From Dehalococcoidia bacterium (lineage in GTDB: Bacteria > Chloroflexota > Dehalococcoidia > Lucifugimonadales > UBA3495): 64,000 bases of DNA. The notes under the pieces were generated by a model. That model had not been told where the DNA came from, ran no database searches, and saw only the letters and a list, made by a program, of their open reading frames with translations. Every line of letters begins with the position of its first letter. The first letter of the stretch is position 1. This document shows positions 1 to 8,428 of this stretch, in pieces. The position numbers and the translations under genes are program-made. The stretch covers positions 7,808 through 71,807 of the forward strand of contig CBDCEX010000018.1 in the NCBI GenBank assembly GCA_965216025.1, written 5' to 3'.

Positions 1-99
1 CTGTTGCCCGGTGATGACCCCCTGCTGTTCCGCGATAACCGCCAGCAGGGTTTCCCGGCTCGCCAGGTCCAGTCCTTTTTCCATTGTTCCTTTTTCCAT
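1..99 (-). CDS. hypothetical protein, N-terminal fragment running off the window edge
   Basis: Minus-strand ATG at 99 (or 84) gives MEKGTMEKGLDLASRETLLAVIAEQQGVITGQQ, open to position 1. A 15-bp tandem duplication (about 76-105) duplicates the MEKG start. Too short to assign. Confidence 0.3.
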   Translation of the reverse strand, partial: MEKGTMEKGLDLASRETLLAVIAEQQGVITGQQ

Positions 100-248
100 T
101 GTTCCTTTATGCCACAACTCCGCCCCGGTCGCCAGCGCTTTTCAGCCCGGCGGCGGGCTTCGCCAAATTCGCCTCACCAAGTCTGAACAGTTACGCAACC
201 GCCCGCCCCTTGACTGGGCCGGGACGAGGACGTAAAATTGTCATAGAG

Positions 249-261
249 GATACTCTGTATC
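249..261. promoter_or_regulatory. palindrome GATAC-N3-GTATC upstream of the fur-family gene (candidate Zur/Fur box)
   Basis: gatactctgtatc lies 30 bp upstream of the ATG at 291. The same architecture recurs at 762-776 and 54287-54299. Confidence 0.45.
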
Positions 262-290
262 AGTTTCGAGAGACACTGTCAAACACTGTT

Positions 291-743
291 ATGGTATTAC
301 CAAAGCGCAATACTTCCACAGCCGACCAGATCCTGGAGACGCTGGAGGAATGGGGCTACCGTTCCACCGGCCCCCGGCGCGTGGTTGCCATGACCGTTGC
401 CCAGCAGGACCGGCACTTCACCGCCGAGGGCCTGCGGCGGCAGTTGCCTCCCGCCATCGGCAGGGCCACCGTCTACCGGACTCTCAAGATACTGGTCGAG
501 TCCGGTGCCCTGTGCCGGGTGTTGCTGGAAGACGGAGACCTGCATTACCTGTTGAGCCACCGCGGCCATCATCATCACCTGCTCTGCGTTCAGTGCGGCT
601 CATCCCAGGACCTTACCGGCTGCGACATCGAGGATGTTCTCACCGCAACTTCGTCCCAACATGGCTTCGAACTGAGCGGTCATTGGCTGGAGGTCTACGG
701 CCGCTGCCGCGACTGCGTTCTTAACACACCCGTCAGCGGTTAG
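291..743 (+). CDS. zur: Fur-family metalloregulator (Zur-like)
   Basis: Internal ATG at 291 of ORF 84..743. Winged-helix GRATVYRTLKILVESG, His cluster HRGHHHH, and CxxC pairs CVQCG and CRDC. Sits directly upstream of the znuACB-like operon. Confidence 0.85.
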   Translation: MVLPKRNTSTADQILETLEEWGYRSTGPRRVVAMTVAQQDRHFTAEGLRRQLPPAIGRATVYRTLKILVESGALCRVLLEDGDLHYLLSHRGHHHHLLCVQCGSSQDLTGCDIEDVLTATSSQHGFELSGHWLEVYGRCRDCVLNTPVSG

Positions 744-761
744 TCTCCTTTTTGGCCTAAT

Positions 762-776
762 TGATACTCAATATCA
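762..776. promoter_or_regulatory. palindrome TGATAC-N3-ATATCA upstream of znuA (candidate Zur box)
   Basis: tgatactcaatatca lies in the AT-rich zur-znuA intergenic region. A related half-site tgatacttagtc follows about 30 bp later. Confidence 0.45.
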
Positions 777-847
777 GCGTTGGCATTTAGCATTTTGATA
801 CTTAGTCTTAAATAAACGAATTGTTGAGACAAAGAAGGAGTTAATTC

Positions 848-1945
848 ATGCACCTAAAAACGTTGAAAGGAAGAAGGTCTCGACTCATGGCACGAAACGT
901 TTTCAAGCCATTTTGCCTTATCTTGACTCCAATCGTTCTGCTGTTCACCCTGGCTTGTAGCGCCGCCCCCGCAGACCCGGCGGTTGGCGCCGGCCAGACC
1001 GGAGGCCAACCGCCGGACAAGCTGAGCATCGTCACCACCAGCAACATCATCGCCGACTGGGTGAGAGCCGTCGGACAGGACCGGGTGGAAGTTTTCCCGA
1101 TGCTGCCGGTGAACACCGACCCGCATACCTTCCAGCCCGGCGCCCGTGACGTGGCGCAGGTCGCCGACGCCGTCCTGGTGTTCAGCGTCGGCCTTTCCCT
1201 GGAGGGGGGTTGGCTGGATGACCTGGTAAAGAACGCGGCGGGGGACCCGGACAAAATCGTCCCGCTGGGCAACCAGGTCGCCCCCATTGACTTCGTGGAA
1301 ATATTCGAAGAACACGCCGGCGAGGAACCGGGCGGGAATGAAGGGAATGAAGGAGCCGAGGAACCGGGCCACGCGGGAGAAGACGGGGAAGACCACGGGG
1401 ACGAAGACGGCCACGGCTCCCTTGACCCTCACTTCTGGTTCGACCCATTGCGGGTGAAACAGGCGGTCAACAGCATAGCGGACCAACTTTCCACGGCGGA
1501 CCCGGCCGGGCAGACCATATACCGGGACAACGCCGCCGCCTACAACCGGGAACTCGACGCCCTGCACGCCTGGATTCAGGAAGAAGTGGAGCAACTACCG
1601 GAAGAACGCCGGATGCTGGTAACGTCCCATGACACCTTCCAGTATTTCGCCCAACGGTACAGTTTCAAGGTGGTCGGCGCGATTTTCCCCGTCACCACCG
1701 AGCGGGAACCCACCGGGCAGGAGTTGGCCGAAATCGTCGAGACGATAAAGCGCGAAGGCGTCCCCGCCGTGTTCGCCGAGAAGTCGCACAGCGACCGGCT
1801 GGGCAGGCGCATCGCCGAGGATACCGGCGCAACCCTCATCGGCGGCCTTTACACCGGCTCCCTGGGCCCGCCGGGGGGCGAGGCCGGCTCCTACCTGGAC
1901 CTGATGCGCTACAACGTCAATACCATTGTGGAGGCCCTGCAATAG
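848..1945 (+). CDS. znuA: zinc ABC transporter substrate-binding lipoprotein (ZnuA/TroA family)
   Basis: Signal peptide with lipobox LTLACS. DPHTFQP and DPHFW metal-site motifs. Long His/Asp/Glu-rich loop HAGEEPGGNEGNEGAEEPGHAGEDGEDHGDEDGHG, typical of Zn-specific ZnuA. Confidence 0.85.
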   Translation: MHLKTLKGRRSRLMARNVFKPFCLILTPIVLLFTLACSAAPADPAVGAGQTGGQPPDKLSIVTTSNIIADWVRAVGQDRVEVFPMLPVNTDPHTFQPGARDVAQVADAVLVFSVGLSLEGGWLDDLVKNAAGDPDKIVPLGNQVAPIDFVEIFEEHAGEEPGGNEGNEGAEEPGHAGEDGEDHGDEDGHGSLDPHFWFDPLRVKQAVNSIADQLSTADPAGQTIYRDNAAAYNRELDALHAWIQEEVEQLPEERRMLVTSHDTFQYFAQRYSFKVVGAIFPVTTEREPTGQELAEIVETIKREGVPAVFAEKSHSDRLGRRIAEDTGATLIGGLYTGSLGPPGGEAGSYLDLMRYNVNTIVEALQ

Positions 1946-1947
1946 CC

Positions 1948-2748
1948 ATGCCAGCGGCCAATTCAACCTCTCCGCCACCGCTGGCCGCCGAGGAACTGAC
2001 CGTGGAGCGCGGCGGGGTGCGGGTGCTTGACCAGGTGTCCTTCACCGCCGGACCCGGCTGTCTCATGGGTGTAGTCGGACCCAACGGCGCTGGCAAGAGC
2101 ACCCTGTTCAACGTCATCGTTTCCCTGCTGCCGGCCACCGCCGGGCGGGTGCTGATCCACGGCAAGTCCATTGACGGAACCCGGGGACTGGTGGCCTACG
2201 TCCCCCAGCACGAGCAGGTGAACTGGCGGCTTCCCATGAGCGCGTGGGAAGTGACTATGCTGGGCCGGACCCGGCGGATTGGCTGGTTCCGGCGTCCGGG
2301 GCGGGAAGACCGCGCCGCCGCCGAGGACGCGTTGCGCCAAGTGGGTATGTGGGACCGGCGCCGTTCCCTGATTGGCGAACTGTCGGGCGGGCAGCGGCAG
2401 CGGGTGTTCGTCGCCCGCGCCCTAGCCCAGGGAGCCGACATCCTGCTGCTGGACGAGGCTTTCAGCGGCGTGGACATCGCCTCGCAGGAGTCGCTGGTGT
2501 CGGTGCTGACCGAGCTTCGGGACCAGGGACGGACGATTCTGCTTTCCTCTCACGACATCAATCACCTGGCCCACTACTGCGATGAATGCCTGTGCCTCAA
2601 CTGCCACGTCTGCGCCTGCGGTTCCCCGTCCGACGTGCTGACTGCGGACGTTATGACCGAGATGTACGGGCCTTTCGGAGGCGTACCGACCCACGGTCAC
2701 GGGCTGGCCCACGGGCTGACAGGAGACGAACATGGACATCATCACTGA
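1948..2748 (+). CDS. znuC: zinc ABC transporter ATP-binding protein
   Basis: Walker A GPNGAGKST, ABC signature LSGGQRQR, Walker B ILLLDEAF. Unusual His-rich C-terminal tail HGHGLAHGLTGDEHGHHH. Confidence 0.9.
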   Translation: MPAANSTSPPPLAAEELTVERGGVRVLDQVSFTAGPGCLMGVVGPNGAGKSTLFNVIVSLLPATAGRVLIHGKSIDGTRGLVAYVPQHEQVNWRLPMSAWEVTMLGRTRRIGWFRRPGREDRAAAEDALRQVGMWDRRRSLIGELSGGQRQRVFVARALAQGADILLLDEAFSGVDIASQESLVSVLTELRDQGRTILLSSHDINHLAHYCDECLCLNCHVCACGSPSDVLTADVMTEMYGPFGGVPTHGHGLAHGLTGDEHGHHH

Positions 2749-3580
2749 CGCGCTGATTGGGCCGTTCCAGTACGGCTTCATGGTGCGGGCGATGATTGTT
2801 TCGATTCTGGTGGGAATAATGTGCCCGGTGCTGGGGACTTACGTGGTCATCCGCGGGCTGGGATTCATGGGCGACGCCCTGGCCCACTCGGTCCTGCCCG
2901 GCATGGTGGGGGCGGCGCTGCTGGGAATCAACTTCTTCTTCGGGGCCATCCCCATGGCCCTGGCCGCGGCCCTGCTGATTGGCTACCTGATTAAACGCAC
3001 CGGGGTCATGGAAGACACCTCGGTGGGCATCGTCTTCGTCGGCCTCTTTGCCCTGGGGCTGGTGATGGCAACCGCCGCCGGCGGAGTTTCGGTAAACCTG
3101 GAGGACATTTTGCTGGGGCATGTGCTGGCCGTATCTTCGGGCGACCTGTTCATAACCGTCGCCTTGGCCGTGGTGGTCCTGGGGCTGACGCTGGGCTTGC
3201 ACAAGGAACTGGTATTCTCCAGCTTCGACCCGTCGGGAGCGGCGGTCATCGGGTTGCCCACGGAGAAGCTGGAATACTTGCTGCTGGCGCTGCTGTCGGT
3301 GGTGGTGGTGCTGGCGTTGAAGGCTGTGGGCGTCATTCTGGTAATTTCCATGCTCATCACCCCGGCGGCCACAGCGCTGCTGCTGGTGCAAAACTTCGGT
3401 CGGGCAATGGCCGTCGCGGTACTAATTGGGGTGTCGTCAGCCGTATCCGGGCTGTATCTGTCGTGGCATTTCAACCTGCCGTCCGGCCCGCTGATGGCCC
3501 TGGTCGCCACCGGCTTCTTCGTTCTGGCCGTCCTCTACAAGAAACAAGCAACAGGACTCCTGCGCCGCCGATCGGCTTAG
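2732..3580 (+). CDS. znuB: zinc ABC transporter permease (ABC-3 family)
   Basis: Polytopic hydrophobic protein overlapping znuC by 17 nt, in the usual ZnuB position. Confidence 0.85.
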   Translation: MDIITDALIGPFQYGFMVRAMIVSILVGIMCPVLGTYVVIRGLGFMGDALAHSVLPGMVGAALLGINFFFGAIPMALAAALLIGYLIKRTGVMEDTSVGIVFVGLFALGLVMATAAGGVSVNLEDILLGHVLAVSSGDLFITVALAVVVLGLTLGLHKELVFSSFDPSGAAVIGLPTEKLEYLLLALLSVVVVLALKAVGVILVISMLITPAATALLLVQNFGRAMAVAVLIGVSSAVSGLYLSWHFNLPSGPLMALVATGFFVLAVLYKKQATGLLRRRSA

Positions 3581-3600
3581 CCAGAGCCAACCCGGCCATA

Positions 3601-3632
3601 CTATGCAGTTGTCCATCATGGCAACTGCATAG
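3601..3632 (+). terminator. perfect 11-bp stem hairpin downstream of znuB
   Basis: ctatgcagttg / caactgcatag arms with a 10-nt loop, 20 bp after the znuB stop. No U-tract follows, so terminator function is uncertain. Confidence 0.35.
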
Positions 3633-3642
3633 CCCTCCACCC

Positions 3643-4873
3643 CAGGGCAATCGCGTCTTAACCAAGGAGCACCTTGAGTAGGTAATCCTCAACCCAGCCG
3701 GCTTTCAGCCGTTTACCTTGAAGTCCCCGTTTAAGGCTGGTCTCCTGCTTCAGCAAATTGAGGGCTATCTGGCGCAGGACTGCCAGGTTTTGAGGCCCAC
3801 TATCCTTACGTACCCGGCTGTGATCTTCTCGAAAGGTAACATCCAAAGACCAGTGCAAGCTGTTTTCTATGCCCCAGTGTCGGCGGGTGACCTCCAACAA
3901 AATCTGGGCAGGCCTGGCCAGACTGCTGATATAGTAGCGAGAGTGGACCGTGGTCCCGGTTGCCGTCTCCCGCTGAGCCGTGACCTTAACCACGGCGTTG
4001 AGGTTGGCCCACTGCTGCCGGTTTTGCAGATAGTCCAGGCAGTCCGGGTCCGTGATGACCCAGCATTGACGGGTTTCCAGGCGGCCGTGGCCCTTGTTCA
4101 GCGTGCGGGCGAAGTCATAGGGGACGCCCTCGAAGTCGTATTCCTCGGCGCCCTCGAAAAGGTCGCGAACGTCATCGTACAGCCGGCCTTGATTCTCCTT
4201 CACCGCCAGCAGATAGTCGGCCTGGGCCTCAATGATCTCCCGGGCTATCTCCCTCTGGCAGCCCATGGCGTCGATGGTGATGATGCAACCGGCGAGCTCC
4301 AGCAGCTGTAGCAACTTGGGGATGGCGGTGATTTCATTGGACTTCTCGTCCACCTTGGTCTGGCCCAGCGCCAAGCCATGGGACGAGGCCCACACGTTGA
4401 CCATGTGAATGGCCTTTTTGCCCAGGGTACGGTCGTGGGAGCGCCGTACCGTCTTGCCGTCGATGGCCACCACTTCGCCTTGGGTGACTTGGGCTACGGC
4501 TTGGACCCACTCCATGAAACAGCGTTGAAACTGCTCTGGGTCCTGGCGGGCGAAGACCTCGCCGAAGGTATCATGGGAAGGGATACCGTTGGGCAACTCC
4601 AGAAAGGACTTGAACCCCTCCTCTTTACAGTTGCCGAAGAGCTCGATATCCACCCAAGAATCAGCGCCGCAGATGGTGGCACAAAGGGCAATGGTGACGA
4701 TATCCAAAAGTTTGTGCCGCTTGGTACGATCAATCCTCGGGTCGTCCAACGCCGCGAAGTATTCGGCGATGGGTGCGCCTGTTGCCTGAACCATCACTAC
4801 CCCTCCCTAGTTTCGTCATGATGATTACTATTTTAAATAAATTTAAGAAAGATAATAAAACGCGATTGCCCTG
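3643..4873 (-). mobile_element. ISAs1-family insertion sequence
   Basis: 18-bp terminal inverted repeats: cagggcaatcgcgtctta (3643-3660) and taaaacgcgattgccctg (4856-4873). They enclose the transposase gene. No target-site duplication is visible. Confidence 0.8.
3658..4797 (-). CDS. ISAs1-family transposase (H-repeat associated type)
   Basis: N-terminus FAALDDPRIDRTKRHKLLDIVTIALCATICGADSWVDIELFG and DDE core ITIDAMGCQREIA are characteristic of ISAs1 transposases. Confidence 0.85.
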   Translation of the reverse strand: MMVQATGAPIAEYFAALDDPRIDRTKRHKLLDIVTIALCATICGADSWVDIELFGNCKEEGFKSFLELPNGIPSHDTFGEVFARQDPEQFQRCFMEWVQAVAQVTQGEVVAIDGKTVRRSHDRTLGKKAIHMVNVWASSHGLALGQTKVDEKSNEITAIPKLLQLLELAGCIITIDAMGCQREIAREIIEAQADYLLAVKENQGRLYDDVRDLFEGAEEYDFEGVPYDFARTLNKGHGRLETRQCWVITDPDCLDYLQNRQQWANLNAVVKVTAQRETATGTTVHSRYYISSLARPAQILLEVTRRHWGIENSLHWSLDVTFREDHSRVRKDSGPQNLAVLRQIALNLLKQETSLKRGLQGKRLKAGWVEDYLLKVLLG

Positions 4874-4879
4874 GGGAAG

Positions 4880-5288
4880 GTTTGCCCGTTTTGTCGGTGA
4901 GGAAACCGACGATGTAGACCGCAAGATCCAGCAGATCCGGCAAGGCTTGGAGGCCGAGCGGGATGGGGACCTGGACTTCTACGCCGATGACGTCGTAGGG
5001 TTATGGCGGAACAGTCCGCCCCCTGCAGGCGGGCCTTGGGACCGGTTTGTCAGAAAGGCCCAGGCGTATGTGGGCACGGGCCTTCTGGAAATCGAGGAGA
5101 TCGACTACAAGCTCGCCATCGGCGAGAAGCTCGCGGAAGCGAGGGAGGCCGTGCTTGGGAATGCCGGCGACTGGGCCGATCTGGCCAAACGCGGCATCGG
5201 CGGCAATCTCGTCTTCAGCATAGCCCAGGCGAAATTCCGGGTCTTTACCTATGCTAGTTTTCTACGCGACTCTTGCCGTCTTTACTAA
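4880..5288 (+). pseudogene. gene fragment, 5' end removed by the ISAs1 element; resembles N-terminal regions of McrB-like AAA ATPases
   Basis: The reading frame begins inside the IS. The segment EIDYKLAIGEKLAEAREAVLGNAGDWADLAKRG is recalled from N-termini of McrB/MoxR-like proteins. No ATPase domain follows. Confidence 0.3.
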
Positions 5289-5380
5289 ACTCCGGGATGA
5301 CTCATGTTAGGCAATTCCATCCCTGAGGGTTGAGGTAGAATTAACGCCGCGACTTAAAACTCCAAAACGAACCTAATCAC

Positions 5381-5467
5381 GAAGGTTCTTGATTTTGTCC
5401 AGTTAGGTGGGCCGAAGTGGATAGTAGGTGGTACCGTCTTCGAGATGTGGCTGGGAAGCCTGTGAGC
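5381..5467 (+). repeat. 87-bp repeat unit, left copy of an inverted pair
   Basis: gaaggttcttgattttgtccagttaggtgggcc...tcttcgagatgtggctgg...ctgtgagc. The reverse complement recurs at 15058-15144. Confidence 0.7.
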
Positions 5468-5539
5468 CAGCCGAGGCTACGGCCGATGACCATGGAGCAG
5501 TCACTAGTCCCCGCGGTGGCTGCACGGCCTGAAGGCAGG

Positions 5540-7015
5540 CTAGCCTGCACGTCTCCATGTGCCATTGGGATCTCGCTCAGGCATGCGGCTAGGATGGCGA
5601 AGCAGCCCCTGAGCGACTTCGGCAAACCACCCAAGCCAACGCTCAATGAAGTCGCTCTCGTCTCCTTGGTCAATCGGGGCGAACGGCCAAGCAACTTGGT
5701 ACTCTCCCATGACGGGAGCAAGCGCGACATAGGCATCCCGGCCGGGGCCTAAAGCAAATGGGTCAAGACGACCTCTTTTGGGAATCAGGGGCATTATCAT
5801 GAACGCCGTCTCGTACCAGCGGAACACTCCGTCCTTTTGGGCATCACAGTACCACAACGAATGAGACCGTCCCTCAAATCCATGTTGGTCAGGTTTGATC
5901 TGGAGCGTGATGCCTGAGTAAGCCACGACTTCAAACGGCGGGCCGTAGGTGTCTGTCTCCAATCGTTGCTCCGCCATCCGGGATGGTGCCACGCTCAGGT
6001 TCGCCTCATTCAAGGACCATGACCATTGCGGAGTCGGGCCGGGTCGTTTGGACGCGGGAGCGTTTGACAGGACTTGATCGTTCATCAGGCTCACAACACG
6101 TGCCAACGACCGATCCGCAGCCTCACACAGTTCGTGCCGGCGCTCAGCCTCTGACTTGGCCACAGACTCTTGCCGAGCTGCTTCTGCTCGCTGCTGCACT
6201 ACAATTGCATTGGCGTGTTGCAGGCGACTTGCCGCTTCGGAGGCTGCCCCGACACTCTCTTGCAGGCGTGCCAACAGGTTCTGGGGTCTCGGTCGTGCTT
6301 CGGGGCCCTTGTAAAGGCACTCGTCTATCAAAGATTGAAGCTTCGGAGGGACACCTGAGATTGATTCTGGAGTCTCTTCTAGGTGCTGCCGTCGGTAGTC
6401 ATGCATTTCGGGGCCTACAAATGGCAATTGCCCGGCAAGCAATTCATAGGCTACGACTCCTATGGCATACACGTCAGTGGCAATGGTAGCTCGATCGCCG
6501 CGCCACTGCTCCGGTGCTGCATAAGGGGGAGTCATAGCGAACTTGCGCGTGTCGGGGGCCGTCGTGGCTTCCGCATATCTAGAGATCCCAAAGTCTGCGA
6601 GACACCACCGCCCGCCCAATAGAAGTATGTTGTCGGGCTTGATGTCCCGATGAACAATTCGGCCCTCCATTGCTGCCAAGGCTTGAGTGACATCAGAGAG
6701 CACCTGGACGGTGTTATCAATAGAGAGGTGTTCAACGTTCTCAGTTAGGTAATCCCTCAGCGACTTATCGGCCTTTGGCATTACAAGAACCCAGAAGTTC
6801 TTCCACTCCCCTCGGTCAAGGATAGGCACAACATTTGGAACTCCGTCCAAGTCTTCGAATAGAATCTCCCGGTCGGCTCCAGGAGCTTTTGGAACGAGCT
6901 TTATGACAGCCGCTTCACCGTCCCCGGCCTGAGCTAGGTAGACGCGTCCAAAGCCGCCTTCACGCAACTGCTCTCCGATATACCATTCTTGGCTTAGGTG
7001 GACAACTTCAGCCAT
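5540..7015 (-). CDS. Hanks-type serine/threonine protein kinase with coiled-coil and uncharacterised C-terminal domain
   Basis: Gly-rich loop GGFGRVY, VIK lysine, HRDIKPDNILL, DFG, and PPYAAPE. The ~200-aa C-terminal region has no motif I recognise. Confidence 0.85.
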   Translation of the reverse strand: MAEVVHLSQEWYIGEQLREGGFGRVYLAQAGDGEAAVIKLVPKAPGADREILFEDLDGVPNVVPILDRGEWKNFWVLVMPKADKSLRDYLTENVEHLSIDNTVQVLSDVTQALAAMEGRIVHRDIKPDNILLLGGRWCLADFGISRYAEATTAPDTRKFAMTPPYAAPEQWRGDRATIATDVYAIGVVAYELLAGQLPFVGPEMHDYRRQHLEETPESISGVPPKLQSLIDECLYKGPEARPRPQNLLARLQESVGAASEAASRLQHANAIVVQQRAEAARQESVAKSEAERRHELCEAADRSLARVVSLMNDQVLSNAPASKRPGPTPQWSWSLNEANLSVAPSRMAEQRLETDTYGPPFEVVAYSGITLQIKPDQHGFEGRSHSLWYCDAQKDGVFRWYETAFMIMPLIPKRGRLDPFALGPGRDAYVALAPVMGEYQVAWPFAPIDQGDESDFIERWLGWFAEVAQGLLRHPSRMPERDPNGTWRRAG

Positions 7016-7151
7016 CCAATCTCCTCTCGATGGCGCAAGCGGCTCGTTACGGCTCTCTGCTCTCGTCGTCTGGGATGCCCGTCAACCCGGGACGCAACAC
7101 CCGGGGACTACTTGGAGTGCCGGTCACGTCCCGCCTCCACGTGGTATCATA

Positions 7152-7181
7152 ATGTGGTAGTACAACATGTGGTAGTACAAC
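7152..7181. promoter_or_regulatory. tandem 15-bp direct repeat in the kinase/HTH divergent intergenic region
   Basis: atgtggtagtacaac occurs twice back to back. Related GGTGGTA motifs occur at about 7141, 7505 and 7585. Confidence 0.4.
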
Positions 7182-7201
7182 AATTATACTAGGCTTGACC
7201 T

Positions 7202-7399
7202 ATGTTTGAGAACTACGTCGACGTCATAGAGGCTTCGAAGATTCTGGATGTTCACCCCGAGACGGTGAAGCGCCTGATACGAGAAGGCAAGCTCACTGCC
7301 ACCAAGTTCGGGAACAAGTGGATCATGGAGCGCGACCGGCTCCAAATGTTTGCCAACACCTATGACGGGAGCCGAGGGAGGGCGAGGAGGCTGCTGTGA
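7202..7399 (+). CDS. excisionase-family helix-turn-helix DNA-binding protein
   Basis: IEASKILDVHPETVKRLIREGKLTATKFGNKWIMERDRL matches the Xis/MerR-type HTH_17 pattern. Confidence 0.7.
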   Translation: MFENYVDVIEASKILDVHPETVKRLIREGKLTATKFGNKWIMERDRLQMFANTYDGSRGRARRLL

Positions 7400-7792
7400 T
7401 CACATTCAGGGGCGTAGAGAGGAAAAGTGGCTAACAGACGGGGACTTCACGAAGCACAGCAAGCCGCTTGGAGCAGGACCATCTGCTTGCCGGAATAACG
7501 TAGCGGGTGGTACAAACATCGGAGGCAGATCACTCGCAGACGGGTGATGCAAGTGACAACGTGTATTATGACCTTCCGGTGTTCAATACGTGGCAGGTGG
7601 TATTCACATGGACGTAAACATTAAGGGTCCTGCGCTGGAAAAACTGTTGGACTATGCGGCTAGCGGCATTGGCAGCGTCGCAGGTCCCATGCTAGAAACT
7701 CGGACGGAAACCCCGATTCTCCCCAAGTCGTCGTTTTTTCAGCGACGATTGTCGATGTAACAGTGGGTTCTTGAACCGTATTACAGGCACTA

Positions 7793-8281
7793 TCATGCCA
7801 CATAAGAATATAATACGTCTGTCTGGCGTAGCGCGAAACCCGGCCAATGGCTTTCCGGCCAGACTTCTAGCCGGTCCGCCGCCGGATTGTAGGCTGTGTA
7901 GAAGTCCTCGTAAACCGCCTTGAGGAACTGCTGCTTCTCGGCGTAGTCGGCGATCTCGTCGGCGGCCCGCCCGATGACTCCATAGTAGGCCCGCAATCGC
8001 TCGATGGCCTCCCGTCGCACGTCGCCGGTGAAGAAGGTTCGCTCCAGCCTGTCCAGCTGGCGGGCAACGTTGTTCTCCTGATGGAACTGGTCCTCCTTGA
8101 ATATGCTGAGGAAGATGTCCTTGGTGAGGATGTGCTGTAGCAGCATCTCCCGCACGTCCGCCGGAGAGACGGCGGGGCCGATGGTCTTGCGGCACAGGTC
8201 TAGGAAGGACGCCGCGGCCTCTTGGTAGCCCGGGTTGTCCGCCTCGGCCTCGGCGACCGTGGCCCGCAGGTTCTCCAGCAC
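7793..8281 (-). pseudogene. internal fragment of a type ISP/IIG restriction-modification (N6-adenine methyltransferase) enzyme
   Basis: REMLLQHILTKDIFLSIF...ADYAEKQQFLKAVYEDFYTAYNP matches the conserved region preceding the methylase domain of type ISP/IIG enzymes. No helicase or methylase core is present, and the IS630 element abuts it. Confidence 0.5.
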
Positions 8282-8428
8282 CGTGGGCAGGTCGGTTTTA
8301 AACTGGCTCTGGGCGTGCCGGAACTCCTGGATCTCCGGAAGCTCATAGTCGAGGAAGACCCGGATAGGACGGGCAAGACGACACCCGACGGCAAGCCCGA
8401 CCCCAGCATATTCTCCACGCCGGGCGAC

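Noticed and set aside
2651-3391. Long antisense ORFs over real genes (also 12870..13859, 18541..19587, 24657..25511, 33678..34952, 40743..42149, 48753..49778)
   Set aside because: These are typical high-GC shadow ORFs. They have Arg/Pro/Gly-rich low-complexity translations and no recognisable motifs. In every case the opposite strand carries a gene with clear family signatures.
5414-5436. Equal-length 23-nt variable core inside the 87-bp inverted repeats, considered as a possible programmable guide or bridge-RNA-like segment
   Set aside because: With small indels the two cores align (a shared gatag and a shared acc end). This is ordinary divergence of a repeat rather than a swapped specificity cassette. 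No associated recombinase or nuclease gene is positioned to use it.
7608-7760. 50-aa ORF MDVNIKGPALEKLLDYAASGIGSVAGPML..., reminiscent of DUF2806-type N-termini
   Set aside because: It is too short and ends abruptly at the RM-fragment junction. At best it is another gene remnant, so it is not reported as a feature.
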